Shown here piece by piece: positions 36,371 through 46,899 of a stretch of DNA of 64,000 bases. Below the pieces are notes generated by a model that worked only from the letters and a program-made list of their open reading frames with translations, made no database searches and had not been told where the DNA came from. This DNA is from a virus. Position 1 is the stretch's first letter. Each line of letters opens with the position of its first letter. Both the position numbers and the translations under genes were made by a program. The stretch is taken from positions 32,001-96,000 of IMG/VR virus record IMGVR_UViG_3300022927_001391; one strand, written 5' to 3'.

Positions 36371-36830
36371 TTAATTGCTCCACTGGTATGTTACATTCCT
36401 GCAGAAACTTTAGTCCAGCATCCAGTCTATATGGATGCACATAATACACTTCACTAATGCCGCTTTGATATAAAAGTTTAGCACATTCCATACAAGGTTG
36501 ATGTGTTATAAAAGCACTGGCACCTTCGCCGCTCTCACTACAGCGAGCAAGTTTCGCGATAGCATTAGACTCTGCATGAAGCACTTCTGGTTTAGTAACT
36601 AACTCCTTTGTTACCTCAATCTTAGATACTTTAGAAAAGACCTCATCTTCACATTCATTAGTCCAGCCGCTGGGCATCCCATTGTAGCCAATGCTAATAA
36701 CACGATTGTCTTTAACAATCACACAACCAACCTTTAATCTGACAGCAGTACTACATTCAGCATATGCAAACGCTGCTTTCATGTGTGCTACTTTGTGCTT
36801 TTCTTTCACAGTCCTAAATCCATTCTCCAT
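36360..36830 (-). CDS. dCMP deaminase
   Basis: VGCVIV, GYNG, HAESNAI, PCMEC. Confidence 0.92.
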   Translation of the reverse strand: MENGFRTVKEKHKVAHMKAAFAYAECSTAVRLKVGCVIVKDNRVISIGYNGMPSGWTNECEDEVFSKVSKIEVTKELVTKPEVLHAESNAIAKLARCSESGEGASAFITHQPCMECAKLLYQSGISEVYYVHPYRLDAGLKFLQECNIPVEQLSDS

Positions 36831-37138
36831 GGATACATCGTATAGCCAAGAGGACGTAAGACGAACTCTTCAAATAGTATAATGACAACAATACCAAATA
36901 CCCATTGCACCCAACGTGGCCATGTTGCTTGCCAGCGTGTAAATGGACGTAATATCCATGCCAATATATTGGTTACCTTGCCCCAGAACCAATCACCTAC
37001 ACTAAAGGGAGGAACTTTCCACAGTACTACAGGAACTATTAACCACCATACCCACTGTGGATAATCATCATTAGGATCATCTATTACAATCATTAGAACT
37101 AGTAGTGCTAGTAGGTATGCACCGATCCATTTTTTCAT
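36806..37138 (-). CDS. Small Trp-rich membrane protein
   Basis: Three hydrophobic segments. Confidence 0.55.
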   Translation of the reverse strand: MKKWIGAYLLALLVLMIVIDDPNDDYPQWVWWLIVPVVLWKVPPFSVGDWFWGKVTNILAWILRPFTRWQATWPRWVQWVFGIVVIILFEEFVLRPLGYTMYPWRMDLGL

Positions 37139-37143
37139 ATGTG

Positions 37144-38670
37144 CTAGGAACATACTCTTACTCCATATTTCTTTTCAAAACGATTTGCGTCTGTGCGATC
37201 ATTTACCATTGGCTCTCCACGAATATTAAGACTAGTGTTTAGTAGCATAGGACAGTCCGTTAACACATACCATTTCTCTAATAAATCTCTAGCACCCGTC
37301 TTATCATCCTTGCCCACGGTTTGCACACGGCTCGTACCGTCATGATGTACAATGGCAGGAAAACGTTCAGGGTGCTTGCACTTATAGGTATGTTGCATAT
37401 ATGGACTTTTATCCCCGTCCATTTTAAAATAATCTTGTGCATGTTCCTCGAGTATCATAGGCGCAAAAGGTCTAAACTTTTGTCTACGTTTGATTTCGTT
37501 TACGCGGTCCTTGATATCTGCACCACGTGGATCAGCAAGTAGACTACGATTACCTAGGGCACGTGGACCAAACTCTGCACGACCACTTGCAACTCCTACA
37601 ATACCTTCACGCTGTAGCTCACCAATAATCTCTTCACTTGGATATTCTCCAGGAATGTTTGTGCCTAAATACGGCCCTTGCCAGTTTAACTGTTTACCAT
37701 ATGCTAGCGCGGCTGCGCCTAGACTTGAACCACAGTCTCCTGGATTAGGCATAATCCACATATCATTCCATATATCTCTGATGTGACTGTTTGCCACACA
37801 ATTAAGAGCAACTCCACCCATGAACACACAATTTTGTAAGTGTAAACCCCAACGTGTGCCTGCAAGTTGTCGCATAAAAGTTCCTAAAAAACGTTCTGTG
37901 GTTAACTGAGTTGCACGAGCAAGAGTCTCTTTGCCGTATTCAGCACCAAACTCGTATTCTATGCCTGTATGAAAGTTTCGTTTAAATTTTTGTTTGTGAT
38001 CCTGATCAATAGCCATTTCCCATACGTCACGATATGCATCTTTTTTACCGTATGCAGCCATACCCATTAGAATGTATTCTTCTTCCATAGGCTTCAAGCC
38101 TACACGATGTGTCATAGCACTATAAAATAAACCTAGACTATGAGGATAAAGCTGACGATATAATCTTTGATATTGTGCATGACCATCGTCGTCATACCAA
38201 GCTCGCCATGCTGTAATAGTATCCCATTCTCCTATGGCATCGATGACGACAACCATTGCTTCTTCAAATGGGCTAGTTTGAAATCCTGCTGCTGCATGAC
38301 TCAAGTGATGGCTGTATGTACGAATTCTTCTAGTAGGTCGACTGTCCATGCTAACAGATGTTGGCATAACATCATTGAGGTAAGGACTTAGATGTGCCCT
38401 AGGACTTTTATCGTTCAAAGCCTTTCGCCATTCACCGCTATAAATTTGACGTGTCTTTTTTAGCCAAGGACGTTCATACCATGCAATTACATCAGGCATC
38501 CCGTATCCTAGTGCCTCTTGCATAATGCCATCATTAAGTTCAGCATCATTTTTAATTTTGCTATAGCGTTCGCTATGACCAGCAAATAATATATTGCCGT
38601 TACCGTCTACAACACTCACACCAGCATCATGAAAGCCGGCGCTCACACCCATGTATGTTTTAATTTTCAT
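37144..38670 (-). CDS. Carbamoyltransferase (CmcH/NodU/TobZ family)
   Basis: HDAG, ERYS..KND, HHLSHAA, DAIGE, GGVALNC, EFGPRALGNRS, RPFAP, HHDGTSRVQ, LNTSLN. Confidence 0.93.
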   Translation of the reverse strand: MKIKTYMGVSAGFHDAGVSVVDGNGNILFAGHSERYSKIKNDAELNDGIMQEALGYGMPDVIAWYERPWLKKTRQIYSGEWRKALNDKSPRAHLSPYLNDVMPTSVSMDSRPTRRIRTYSHHLSHAAAGFQTSPFEEAMVVVIDAIGEWDTITAWRAWYDDDGHAQYQRLYRQLYPHSLGLFYSAMTHRVGLKPMEEEYILMGMAAYGKKDAYRDVWEMAIDQDHKQKFKRNFHTGIEYEFGAEYGKETLARATQLTTERFLGTFMRQLAGTRWGLHLQNCVFMGGVALNCVANSHIRDIWNDMWIMPNPGDCGSSLGAAALAYGKQLNWQGPYLGTNIPGEYPSEEIIGELQREGIVGVASGRAEFGPRALGNRSLLADPRGADIKDRVNEIKRRQKFRPFAPMILEEHAQDYFKMDGDKSPYMQHTYKCKHPERFPAIVHHDGTSRVQTVGKDDKTGARDLLEKWYVLTDCPMLLNTSLNIRGEPMVNDRTDANRFEKKYGVRVCS

Positions 38671-38768
38671 TTGTAAATAAAAGGATCTCTTTTACGTAGT
38701 TCTTTTAGTCGCTTGCGATACTGTATCTCAAGTTTAATTCTATTAATAAGGTTGCGAATCCATTTCAT
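38667..38768 (-). CDS. 33-aa basic peptide coupled to the carbamoyltransferase (not in ORF track)
   Basis: MKWIRNLINRIKLEIQYRKRLKELRKRDPFIYK; TAATG and ATGA overlaps at the two ends. Confidence 0.7.
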   Translation of the reverse strand: MKWIRNLINRIKLEIQYRKRLKELRKRDPFIYK

Positions 38769-39838
38769 TATAATAATCCTAGTGCTTGCATCTGCACATT
38801 TTCATAGTCTTCATCGTCTACAGTATAATTAAAGTAGTAGGGAACACCATCTACTTCAATAATATGTATGTTTAAGAGAGGGCTCATCATATCCCAAATC
38901 TGTTCAGGATCGGTTGTTCCAAAACTACTTAGTACATCTACTTGCCCTAGTGGCAAATAACCTAAACTAAGCATGGGATCATTTATGTCTTTACTGTTTT
39001 CTGTAAGCCAAGAGTAATACTTGTCCATAGTACTATCATGCCAGGGTTGATCACCACCACGTACTACATCACGACCCCATTCAATATCAAACTCTCCGCT
39101 ATAATATTTTAAATCTGTAATTGCTTCGCATACAGCATTGGTAAGTTTAGGCGCACCTTCATCACGGAAAACTTCGAAGTATGTTTTACCGATCTGACAC
39201 CAGTGCATATAAACACCACCAAATACACGATCATATCCGTTAGTTATAAATCCATCGCGATATTCGTCTTGTAAATGTAAGCGTGGAGCATTTAAAAATG
39301 TAGTGATCTGGCTAGGACGAGTCCAGTAGGGATTACGCTCATGCTTTACACGACTAAGAATATACGATTCCATTTCGTGGCACAGATTATTCAATTGTCT
39401 GATACTATACTTTACATATGGGTTAGCTTCATGATAGTACTGGCTCATGTTGCCAACCGTGCCTTGTAATATTTCAAAATGATTGTGTAGCATATTAAAC
39501 GTGTCGTGTTTAATATACTCAGGATCTTTATCAAACTTATATTTGTCTGGATGGTACCAAACAGTATCCAGAGTATACTCTTCATCAATATTATATTTTA
39601 GAGGGCTCCTATTAATACGAGTAATATGCCGATTAAGGTCAGATAGCATTGCTTCCAGACCACGTGTCTGTTTTGGAAACCCCATAAAGCAAAAGTTCTT
39701 TTCCAAGTGTAGCCCACGCTCGAGAATATCTACTAGAGCAGACTTCCATGCACGAGCCAAGGGAATATCGTGGGGAGTTATTGTGTAGTCTAACTCACCG
39801 CCACCTTTGTAAGGGCTTTTAAGAACTACTCGTATCAA
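38768..39838 (-). CDS. Hypothetical protein
   Basis: 356 aa; LHNHFE, LNNLCHEME, QIGKT. Confidence 0.7.
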   Translation of the reverse strand: MIRVVLKSPYKGGGELDYTITPHDIPLARAWKSALVDILERGLHLEKNFCFMGFPKQTRGLEAMLSDLNRHITRINRSPLKYNIDEEYTLDTVWYHPDKYKFDKDPEYIKHDTFNMLHNHFEILQGTVGNMSQYYHEANPYVKYSIRQLNNLCHEMESYILSRVKHERNPYWTRPSQITTFLNAPRLHLQDEYRDGFITNGYDRVFGGVYMHWCQIGKTYFEVFRDEGAPKLTNAVCEAITDLKYYSGEFDIEWGRDVVRGGDQPWHDSTMDKYYSWLTENSKDINDPMLSLGYLPLGQVDVLSSFGTTDPEQIWDMMSPLLNIHIIEVDGVPYYFNYTVDDEDYENVQMQALGLL

Positions 39839-41117
39839 TGCTTGCCCACCATTGCTTTAGTTTACCATACACCCAAGGATCATTACCAATTCTTAAGGTA
39901 TCTATAAACTTTAAACCACTCCTACGACTGTCGTATAGGTCCATTCGTTTTTTGGCTTTTCGTCTAGCCTCTTGATATGTGTCGGGATACTCTTCAGCAA
40001 ACGTAGGCCGATTGAGTAAGTTTACCAACACATCATGCATTGCCCCATTGGTTAGAGGAAGTACACGATTTATTATAGCATGAAGCTCTTGCTTGGGCAA
40101 GAATAAAGGAGACATTGCAATATCTGGCGTAAACGCAAAACACACCTTTACTAATAGATCCACATTTAACTCATTGGCTAGCTCTTGTATTTTTAGAATT
40201 TGGCCTAGTCCAGGCGTAGTTAGTGTAAAGTCCAGTCGCATTTGTCTACGATGCTTGCTATGTTCTAAACCTTGCTTGAAGTTTTCTATAAACTTGTTAT
40301 AGTTTAATCCAGTACGTATGTACTCTCCAACCTCACCAACACCGTCAAGGCTAGCACAGATTTGCCAGTCTCTTACCTTCGCAAGTATGTCAGTATAAAG
40401 GTTGCAACCACCTAACTCAATACGGCTAAGGTTGGTATTGTACCTAGCGTATATACGTGGACCATCTCCAAGTTCTATAATGCGTTGCATATACCGCCAG
40501 TGCTGTTCATACATAAGTGGCTCTCCGCCCACCCAGTATATTTCCTCAACGCGATGTTCCTCGACTGCACTAGCAAACTCCTGTTCTACAGTATCTTTTT
40601 GAAACTGGTCAATGGCTTGCTTTACAGATGTTTCCATCCAAGGTTCTATTTTACCATCCATACGTGCTTCTGCTTCCCAACTGCTACTCAGCATTGGACC
40701 GCACATACGACACTTAAAGTTGCATAGGTTAGTAAAACGATAGTCCCAACTAACAGGCTGCATACTAGTATAGCCTGTGTCATCCGTTGTTCGTGCTATG
40801 TCATCATACTTGTGTTTGAATAAATGCCAAAAGTAATCACGGTAAACATCTGTGTTAAGTAACTTCTTGTCACATACTTCACACTCAGGTGGTAGTTCGT
40901 TTGCTAGCATTTGACGTCGTACTCTGCGAATATGTTCGCCATTCCACCATTCTTCTAGTGTTTGTGGCACATATTCATTTGTGCCATCAGCAGTGTCTAT
41001 ATACTGACGGAAGTTTTGTGCAGGTTCTCTGCTAGCACAACATAACCTACGCTCTGTCTGTGGACTTAGATAGGTATGCGTCCAGGGAGCCATACATAGG
41101 TTATCTGGTTTATCCAT
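39819..41117 (-). CDS. Radical SAM enzyme with N-terminal twitch/SPASM domain (1)
   Basis: CMAPW...CC...CEVC; CNFKCRMC; GGEP; NTN; SLDG; YIR. Confidence 0.88.
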   Translation of the reverse strand: MDKPDNLCMAPWTHTYLSPQTERRLCCASREPAQNFRQYIDTADGTNEYVPQTLEEWWNGEHIRRVRRQMLANELPPECEVCDKKLLNTDVYRDYFWHLFKHKYDDIARTTDDTGYTSMQPVSWDYRFTNLCNFKCRMCGPMLSSSWEAEARMDGKIEPWMETSVKQAIDQFQKDTVEQEFASAVEEHRVEEIYWVGGEPLMYEQHWRYMQRIIELGDGPRIYARYNTNLSRIELGGCNLYTDILAKVRDWQICASLDGVGEVGEYIRTGLNYNKFIENFKQGLEHSKHRRQMRLDFTLTTPGLGQILKIQELANELNVDLLVKVCFAFTPDIAMSPLFLPKQELHAIINRVLPLTNGAMHDVLVNLLNRPTFAEEYPDTYQEARRKAKKRMDLYDSRRSGLKFIDTLRIGNDPWVYGKLKQWWASIDTSSS

Positions 41118-42093
41118 TTATAAACTCTAGTATTTTTTCTTTAGTTTGCATGTTGCGTTTGTTAATCACATCAAAAAACTTATTGTAAAAATAGTCATAA
41201 TTATAATCAACTTGATCCTGTTGGTCGAGATCAAAACTAAAGTTGCTTATTAAGTTTTTGACATAATCAACTCTTTCGAAATCCCATTCTTCGTCCCAAT
41301 TAATACCAAAATAATCTTCAAACGTTTCAAATCCTAATCCACGTAACCGTGCGTAGCCTAATCTTTGTCCAGTCATTACAAACATACTCTTTGATACTAT
41401 TGGTTTAATAATTTTTTCTGTCAAATAACCATGCAATCTGTTATCATGACTATTGCATAAACTTTCATTTGTCCAAATTAATTTGCAATCATTACAAATT
41501 ACATTGTCAGTTGACCATTGATCTCCGGCGATACTGCGTTTTGGTATATTATATTTTGACTGATACGTCGGGTTAACCGGGTTTTCCAACCACGTATACT
41601 GTGTATCAGGATAATTATCCAACAGATGTTTGAGTATTTCCTCTTTATGCCAATCAGCTCTACGATTTAGACAACCAAATGTATATTGCCTTTGGTTTAA
41701 ATTCTTTCTTGGTATTTTTGCAAACCATTTAAAATTAGGATGTGTATACCAGTGTAAATGTTCCATATGAAAATATGTTACATCTAAGGTGTTCACAGTG
41801 TCACCTAAATGTTGACTTGTTATTATAATTTTTCTGCCGGTATACTTCTTTATGGTGTCTACCAAGTCAATATTCTCACATTCGCCTAAATTTGTTATAA
41901 TATAGGTATCGTAACCTTTGGGGGGCGGCTTTTGACTCCAATCTCCTGTCATTACAAGATACGTATTGGTTTTATCTGTGACGTGTTTTAAAAATTCTAG
42001 ATCTGTGCCACACTCTTGATAATATTTTCCAAATTCATAATTGTCTAGTGTACCATTATACAAGGTAAAGCCTAATATTTCCCATTCATTCAT
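41110..42093 (-). CDS. TEK-motif GT10-like glycosyltransferase (paralog 2)
   Basis: LNRR, NES...LTEKIIKP...G...LRGLGFETF. Confidence 0.55.
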   Translation of the reverse strand: MNEWEILGFTLYNGTLDNYEFGKYYQECGTDLEFLKHVTDKTNTYLVMTGDWSQKPPPKGYDTYIITNLGECENIDLVDTIKKYTGRKIIITSQHLGDTVNTLDVTYFHMEHLHWYTHPNFKWFAKIPRKNLNQRQYTFGCLNRRADWHKEEILKHLLDNYPDTQYTWLENPVNPTYQSKYNIPKRSIAGDQWSTDNVICNDCKLIWTNESLCNSHDNRLHGYLTEKIIKPIVSKSMFVMTGQRLGYARLRGLGFETFEDYFGINWDEEWDFERVDYVKNLISNFSFDLDQQDQVDYNYDYFYNKFFDVINKRNMQTKEKILEFING

Positions 42094-43228
42094 AACCTAT
42101 TAATCTCGCAACTTCTGGATGTGTATCTGCAAAACTTACGCCTCTAAACTTATCTGTCTCACGTATTTTTGCAAATATCTTCTCTGGATCAATTACAGGC
42201 TGAGAAAGTGTAATTGCTTTAATACTACGGATCTGATCTGCATAGTCACTGTGCATAACTATTGCCTTGTCTAGTCTATGCATAAACTCTGCATGTGCAT
42301 CGCGAGGTAGATTGAGTAAACTATACTCCTCAGGATCATGCATTAGATTAAAGTGTATGTCATCTATTCCACTCTGCTTTGCCCAGTTAAGTATCTCAGT
42401 CATGTAATAAGTGTTCTGTAGATTCCAAGTAATACACAACTGCAAACTAAATGGATAGCCTTGTTCCTTCATTTCAATGAAACGTTTGATATTACGATTT
42501 ACTGTACGCCACTTTGCGCCATCACGTTCATACTCAAAACGTTTGCCGGTATTGTCTATGCTAAATGCAATCTGTACATGTTTAAAGTGCCGCCATACTT
42601 CATGCTGTTTGGGGAACTGTGTGCCATTTGTGTTATAGTGGATGTCAATCTCGCCTGCATGCCCCTGATCCACTGCACGTTGTAGTAAATCAAAATGCTG
42701 TTTAATAAGGAAAGGTTCACCTCCAGTAAATTCAAAGTACTTTAGATTTGGTAGTAGGCTATCCAAATTGTCCCAAAAACCTTGACTGCGTCTTGGCCAT
42801 TGGCCCTCTCGTAACCACTGCTTGGCAATATGCTTGTCCCCAAACTGTGCAATTTGTTCTTGTGCCCATTTACTGCTACTCCAACTGCCGCATATGCGAC
42901 ATTTAAGATTACAGATGTTGCCTAGTTTAAGATCAAGGAATATTAGGTCAGGTTCAAAAGGTACGTGCTTAAACTTTTCCAACATGTATTCACGCTTGGA
43001 CTTTTTTCCAGCCGTTTCTTCAATCCAACAGCGTTCACACTGTTCAGGCTGTTTACCTTGTTCAAAAGTTTCTCGCAACTCTTGCATTGCACTGCTGTTA
43101 AATGCTTCTTCTAAAGTATGTGTACGCAAGTTTAATCCAGGTAGTTCACCTTTGTACAAACAACAGGGACGAACACCGCCTAGTGGTGTTGTTTCCAAAC
43201 TAATCCATGGCAGTATACATTTATGCAT
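42086..43228 (-). CDS. Radical SAM enzyme with N-terminal twitch/SPASM domain (2)
   Basis: CILPW...PCC...CERC; CNLKCRIC; GGEP; NTNG; SID; start taken as ATG 43228. Confidence 0.88.
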   Translation of the reverse strand: MHKCILPWISLETTPLGGVRPCCLYKGELPGLNLRTHTLEEAFNSSAMQELRETFEQGKQPEQCERCWIEETAGKKSKREYMLEKFKHVPFEPDLIFLDLKLGNICNLKCRICGSWSSSKWAQEQIAQFGDKHIAKQWLREGQWPRRSQGFWDNLDSLLPNLKYFEFTGGEPFLIKQHFDLLQRAVDQGHAGEIDIHYNTNGTQFPKQHEVWRHFKHVQIAFSIDNTGKRFEYERDGAKWRTVNRNIKRFIEMKEQGYPFSLQLCITWNLQNTYYMTEILNWAKQSGIDDIHFNLMHDPEEYSLLNLPRDAHAEFMHRLDKAIVMHSDYADQIRSIKAITLSQPVIDPEKIFAKIRETDKFRGVSFADTHPEVARLIGYE

Positions 43229-44534
43229 AGTCTTGTAATCTTTCGAGTTCAGGGAATACGCTGAAGAAACTTTCATTGCGCCAACGATCAAGTTCCTTAG
43301 CCCGCATAACAAACTCATGAATGAGCTTGCTGTTATCAGTTGTTTGCATATACTTTACTGCACTCTTAAACCCATTTGTAGCTCTTGTTAAATGATCCTG
43401 CGGTTCAAGCCATGCAATATGTTCATTGTATATATCTACTAGTTCAGTCTTCATGTCATTGGGTAGTACATCCAAACGGAAACGCACAGGATCTTGTAAT
43501 ATATTAACATTCCAATCACTGGGTTTGACTAGTCCTAGCTCTACCCATTCTCTATGAAAGTTAACAATATTATAACTGTTCATCAGGCTTAGTGTTGAAC
43601 TTACATAAAAATCTACAGTAGGACACTTCTCTAGCATACGTTCTCTGTTTGCTACAATCTTACTCCACTCTGTACCTTTACGCATGAGCTCACCACGTGC
43701 ATAGTTTGCATCCAAACTTGCCCCAATGCTTACAATGTCAAACTCATTCCACATGTCCAGCACATCCTGCTGTTTGAATACTAGCTCTGTAAAGTTTGTA
43801 TTGTAGTTTAGTCTAACATCTGTGCGGCCTCTGCGTAATAGTTCACGAAGCAATTTGTAATGCTCTGCCATCATTAGTGGTTCACCACCTGCAAAGTAAA
43901 TGTTTTCTATGCTGTCTATGTGTGGTTCTAACTGTTCCCACATGTCCATTTCGTAGCGTCCTGCGTACTGCACGTTGGGATGATCCTGTGGTAACCAACT
44001 CATCTTCTTTGCTTCTTTTACCCAGTTGCTGCTAAAAATATCACCGCATGTACGACAAGCTAGGTTACATAAATTACTAAAGCGTATGTCATAGTACTTG
44101 AGTTCAAAACGATCTAGTGTTCCGTCATCTAGTGTTTCATCTACAACCGCAATGTGATGACCTTCATTTTTGTTTTGACTGTAGCGCATGCTAACAAAGC
44201 CTGCTGCTTCCTGTTCATAACATTTGGTACACTGTTTGCAAGGTTTATCTGCTAACATGTTACGACGCATTTCACGTAATGGTTCGTCGTTCCATACTTC
44301 AGCCATAGTCTGTTCACGCAGGTTACCAACTGGATGTTCCATTAGTCCCAAGCAACAAGGATAGGCACGGCCATCTGGAAACGCATGCAAGTGAATCCAT
44401 GGCAGTATACAAAATGATTCACTGGTTAACAGTCTGTCACGCTGCACGTCTGTAAGATCTTCTACATCAATGTACACAGGTTTACGTGTATGATAATCGT
44501 AGTTTTTATAATAATTTTCTAATTTGTCTGTCAT
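43221..44534 (-). CDS. Radical SAM enzyme with N-terminal twitch/SPASM domain (3)
   Basis: CILPW...PCC...CTKC; CNLACRTC; GGEP; NTN; SLD. Confidence 0.88.
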   Translation of the reverse strand: MTDKLENYYKNYDYHTRKPVYIDVEDLTDVQRDRLLTSESFCILPWIHLHAFPDGRAYPCCLGLMEHPVGNLREQTMAEVWNDEPLREMRRNMLADKPCKQCTKCYEQEAAGFVSMRYSQNKNEGHHIAVVDETLDDGTLDRFELKYYDIRFSNLCNLACRTCGDIFSSNWVKEAKKMSWLPQDHPNVQYAGRYEMDMWEQLEPHIDSIENIYFAGGEPLMMAEHYKLLRELLRRGRTDVRLNYNTNFTELVFKQQDVLDMWNEFDIVSIGASLDANYARGELMRKGTEWSKIVANRERMLEKCPTVDFYVSSTLSLMNSYNIVNFHREWVELGLVKPSDWNVNILQDPVRFRLDVLPNDMKTELVDIYNEHIAWLEPQDHLTRATNGFKSAVKYMQTTDNSKLIHEFVMRAKELDRWRNESFFSVFPELERLQDYA

Positions 44535-45877
44535 AGACTGTTATACCATTCAGCTAATTCTGGGAAAGTCTCAGTAAAGTTTTTATTCCTGCGCACATCA
44601 TACTGCCTATAAAACTTTTTAAAGTCGTTGTGTAGTTTAGGCATTTCAAACGCTTCACTATGCGGCGTTTCTACTGTACGCAAATATGTTACCAGTCGTT
44701 CCAACTGTCCTTGTTCAAACTGATGCATTGGCGTGCTGCGGTTAAGGTACTTGGGTGCCCAACGTTTGTATAAGTCTTCTAGTCTATCAGCGTGACGATT
44801 ACGAATATCATTAGGAAGTACTAAGGGCGACTGAAAACTTGGAAAGCGTAATATATTTAAACTGAATACTGCAAAGTTATTTCCTAACAGTTTTCTTGCT
44901 TGTAATATTTGATCGATTAGATCCGGTAGTGTTTCTAAACACAATGCGTTAATGGTCATCATACAATGTGTACCGATGCCTGCCTCACTTAATTTACAAA
45001 TATTTTCCCACCAGTATTCAAAGTCCAAACCATCACGAATATATTCTGCTCTTGCACTAGTGCTTTCACAACTTGTATAAACATCCAAACTAGGCAAATA
45101 ACTACGTGCGCTTATTAGTCTATCAATGAATTCCTGCTTACCGCCTAAGTTACTATTAATAGCAAGTTTGGTTTGACTTTTGTCTACGTTAGCTTTGAAC
45201 CAATCTATCAAACGCCACAAGTCTGCACTCATTGTTGGCTCACCGCCGGTTACTCGTAGTTCACGTAGTGTACTGTGGAGATCAGTTTCCCACCATTTAA
45301 AAAATGCTTCTACGTAAGGATTTCTATCCTCCACCCCATAAAGCTGGCTACTACTATGAACGTGAGTAAAGTGGTTGCGGCCATCACTAACAAGGCCTTG
45401 ATAACTACCATTTGTTTTTAAGTCCTTTACCCATGTGCTACTAAAAGCAGGATTACAATAACTGCAAGCAAAATTGCAGGTACGATCAAAGGCAATTTCG
45501 AGTGTTCGGAGATTGACGTCACTATCATGCGGGCTATTTCGCGCATCTTGTAATTCCTCATCAGTATATATCTTACTTTTGTATACACGGTCACTTATAA
45601 AGTTAGAACCCATGTCCTCTATTTTCCAACAGTATTCACAACCCTGTGGTCGTTCCCCACACTGCATTTGTCGTCTTTGTTCTTTTTTCTCCGGTGTATT
45701 ATGTAACAGTTTTGGGTTTGCTTCTACCTCAACAGGATCTACTTTATGTGGCAATGGATGATGGCAACTGGTGGTCATGCCACTACCTAACCATATGGTG
45801 GCATTGTACCACTTAGCACCGCAGAAGGTCGGACTAAGTTTATCGAGGACCTGCTGCTTGTAGGTTAGATCATCCAT
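44531..45877 (-). CDS. Radical SAM enzyme with N-terminal twitch domain (4, AKW subtype)
   Basis: CGAKW...SCHHP...CEYCW; CNFACSYC; GGEP; EYIR. Confidence 0.88.
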   Translation of the reverse strand: MDDLTYKQQVLDKLSPTFCGAKWYNATIWLGSGMTTSCHHPLPHKVDPVEVEANPKLLHNTPEKKEQRRQMQCGERPQGCEYCWKIEDMGSNFISDRVYKSKIYTDEELQDARNSPHDSDVNLRTLEIAFDRTCNFACSYCNPAFSSTWVKDLKTNGSYQGLVSDGRNHFTHVHSSSQLYGVEDRNPYVEAFFKWWETDLHSTLRELRVTGGEPTMSADLWRLIDWFKANVDKSQTKLAINSNLGGKQEFIDRLISARSYLPSLDVYTSCESTSARAEYIRDGLDFEYWWENICKLSEAGIGTHCMMTINALCLETLPDLIDQILQARKLLGNNFAVFSLNILRFPSFQSPLVLPNDIRNRHADRLEDLYKRWAPKYLNRSTPMHQFEQGQLERLVTYLRTVETPHSEAFEMPKLHNDFKKFYRQYDVRRNKNFTETFPELAEWYNSL

Positions 45878-46899
45878 TCAAAGATATGTTCCATTTTGTA
45901 TTCTTGTTCACTACTGAACTCATAAAAACGTTCTTTATTATAACGTAGATCGTCTAGCATGTCACTATACATACTAGTCAAATCCTGTGTTTGTAAATGC
46001 TCTAACACTTGCCACACAGTATCGTGAGGGCCTTGTGTTTCAGCTGGTATATGATCCCAGTAATGATTGAATGTTTTAAACCCATGATTACGCATCCATG
46101 CATAGGTTTTAGGATTTCCGTGTACAATGTATGGACGTAATCCTATTGTAGCTTTCCACATTTTCTCCGTAACTAACAACGGTTGCCATTCGTCAAAAAC
46201 AGTTTCACTGATAATGTTCAAGAAATGATTCTGCCATAAATCTAGTCTGCCTAATGTTACTAGATCATTCGGAATACCTGCAAAATCATCATGACTGCCG
46301 TTGTGCAGATAGTTTTCTGGATAGTCTTCGATAGTTATTGGTTCCCAGTGTTGTATGCCACCTTGCCAGTCAATTCCCTCTTGTGGTCCACCTAGTGTCA
46401 CTATACCATGTTTGAGTAAATCTCTTAGTCTAAGTATTTCAGTTATCTCAACTCTATGTAATCTAGGTTTGCGTTGATATAGCATGTACATGTATATAGG
46501 TTGTTGCATAACTACTTGATCTTCAGTGTACTTTGGCATTAAGTCTTTGCCAATTAGTCCATGGAAGTTCCATTCATAGGGACTGTTTTCAAACATGCCT
46601 ATACGGTAAATGTTTTTGATATTATATTTCTTTACAATACTATCTAGATCTTCGCTGGTAAGATATACCGGATCAATTACACTTAGTAAAAACAAGTTAT
46701 CAAAATCGTGCGTAAAGCTCATTGCACGTTTATATTCGTTGTTTTCAAACTGACTACCAAACCAAGTTGTATTAATAACGAGATTACGATCGTTAGGAAA
46801 AGCACTAGCTACTTGTTGTACTGTGCTGTCAAAAATGTGTTTTTCTTCAGGGCCATATTGCCAACTAATTGGAAAATGAGTGCCTACACGTTCTAGCAT
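45865..46899 (-). CDS. TEK-motif GT10-like glycosyltransferase (paralog 3)
   Basis: QRKPRLHR, ISET...VTEKMWK...G...MRNHGFKTF. Confidence 0.55.
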   Translation of the reverse strand: MLERVGTHFPISWQYGPEEKHIFDSTVQQVASAFPNDRNLVINTTWFGSQFENNEYKRAMSFTHDFDNLFLLSVIDPVYLTSEDLDSIVKKYNIKNIYRIGMFENSPYEWNFHGLIGKDLMPKYTEDQVVMQQPIYMYMLYQRKPRLHRVEITEILRLRDLLKHGIVTLGGPQEGIDWQGGIQHWEPITIEDYPENYLHNGSHDDFAGIPNDLVTLGRLDLWQNHFLNIISETVFDEWQPLLVTEKMWKATIGLRPYIVHGNPKTYAWMRNHGFKTFNHYWDHIPAETQGPHDTVWQVLEHLQTQDLTSMYSDMLDDLRYNKERFYEFSSEQEYKMEHIFEWMI

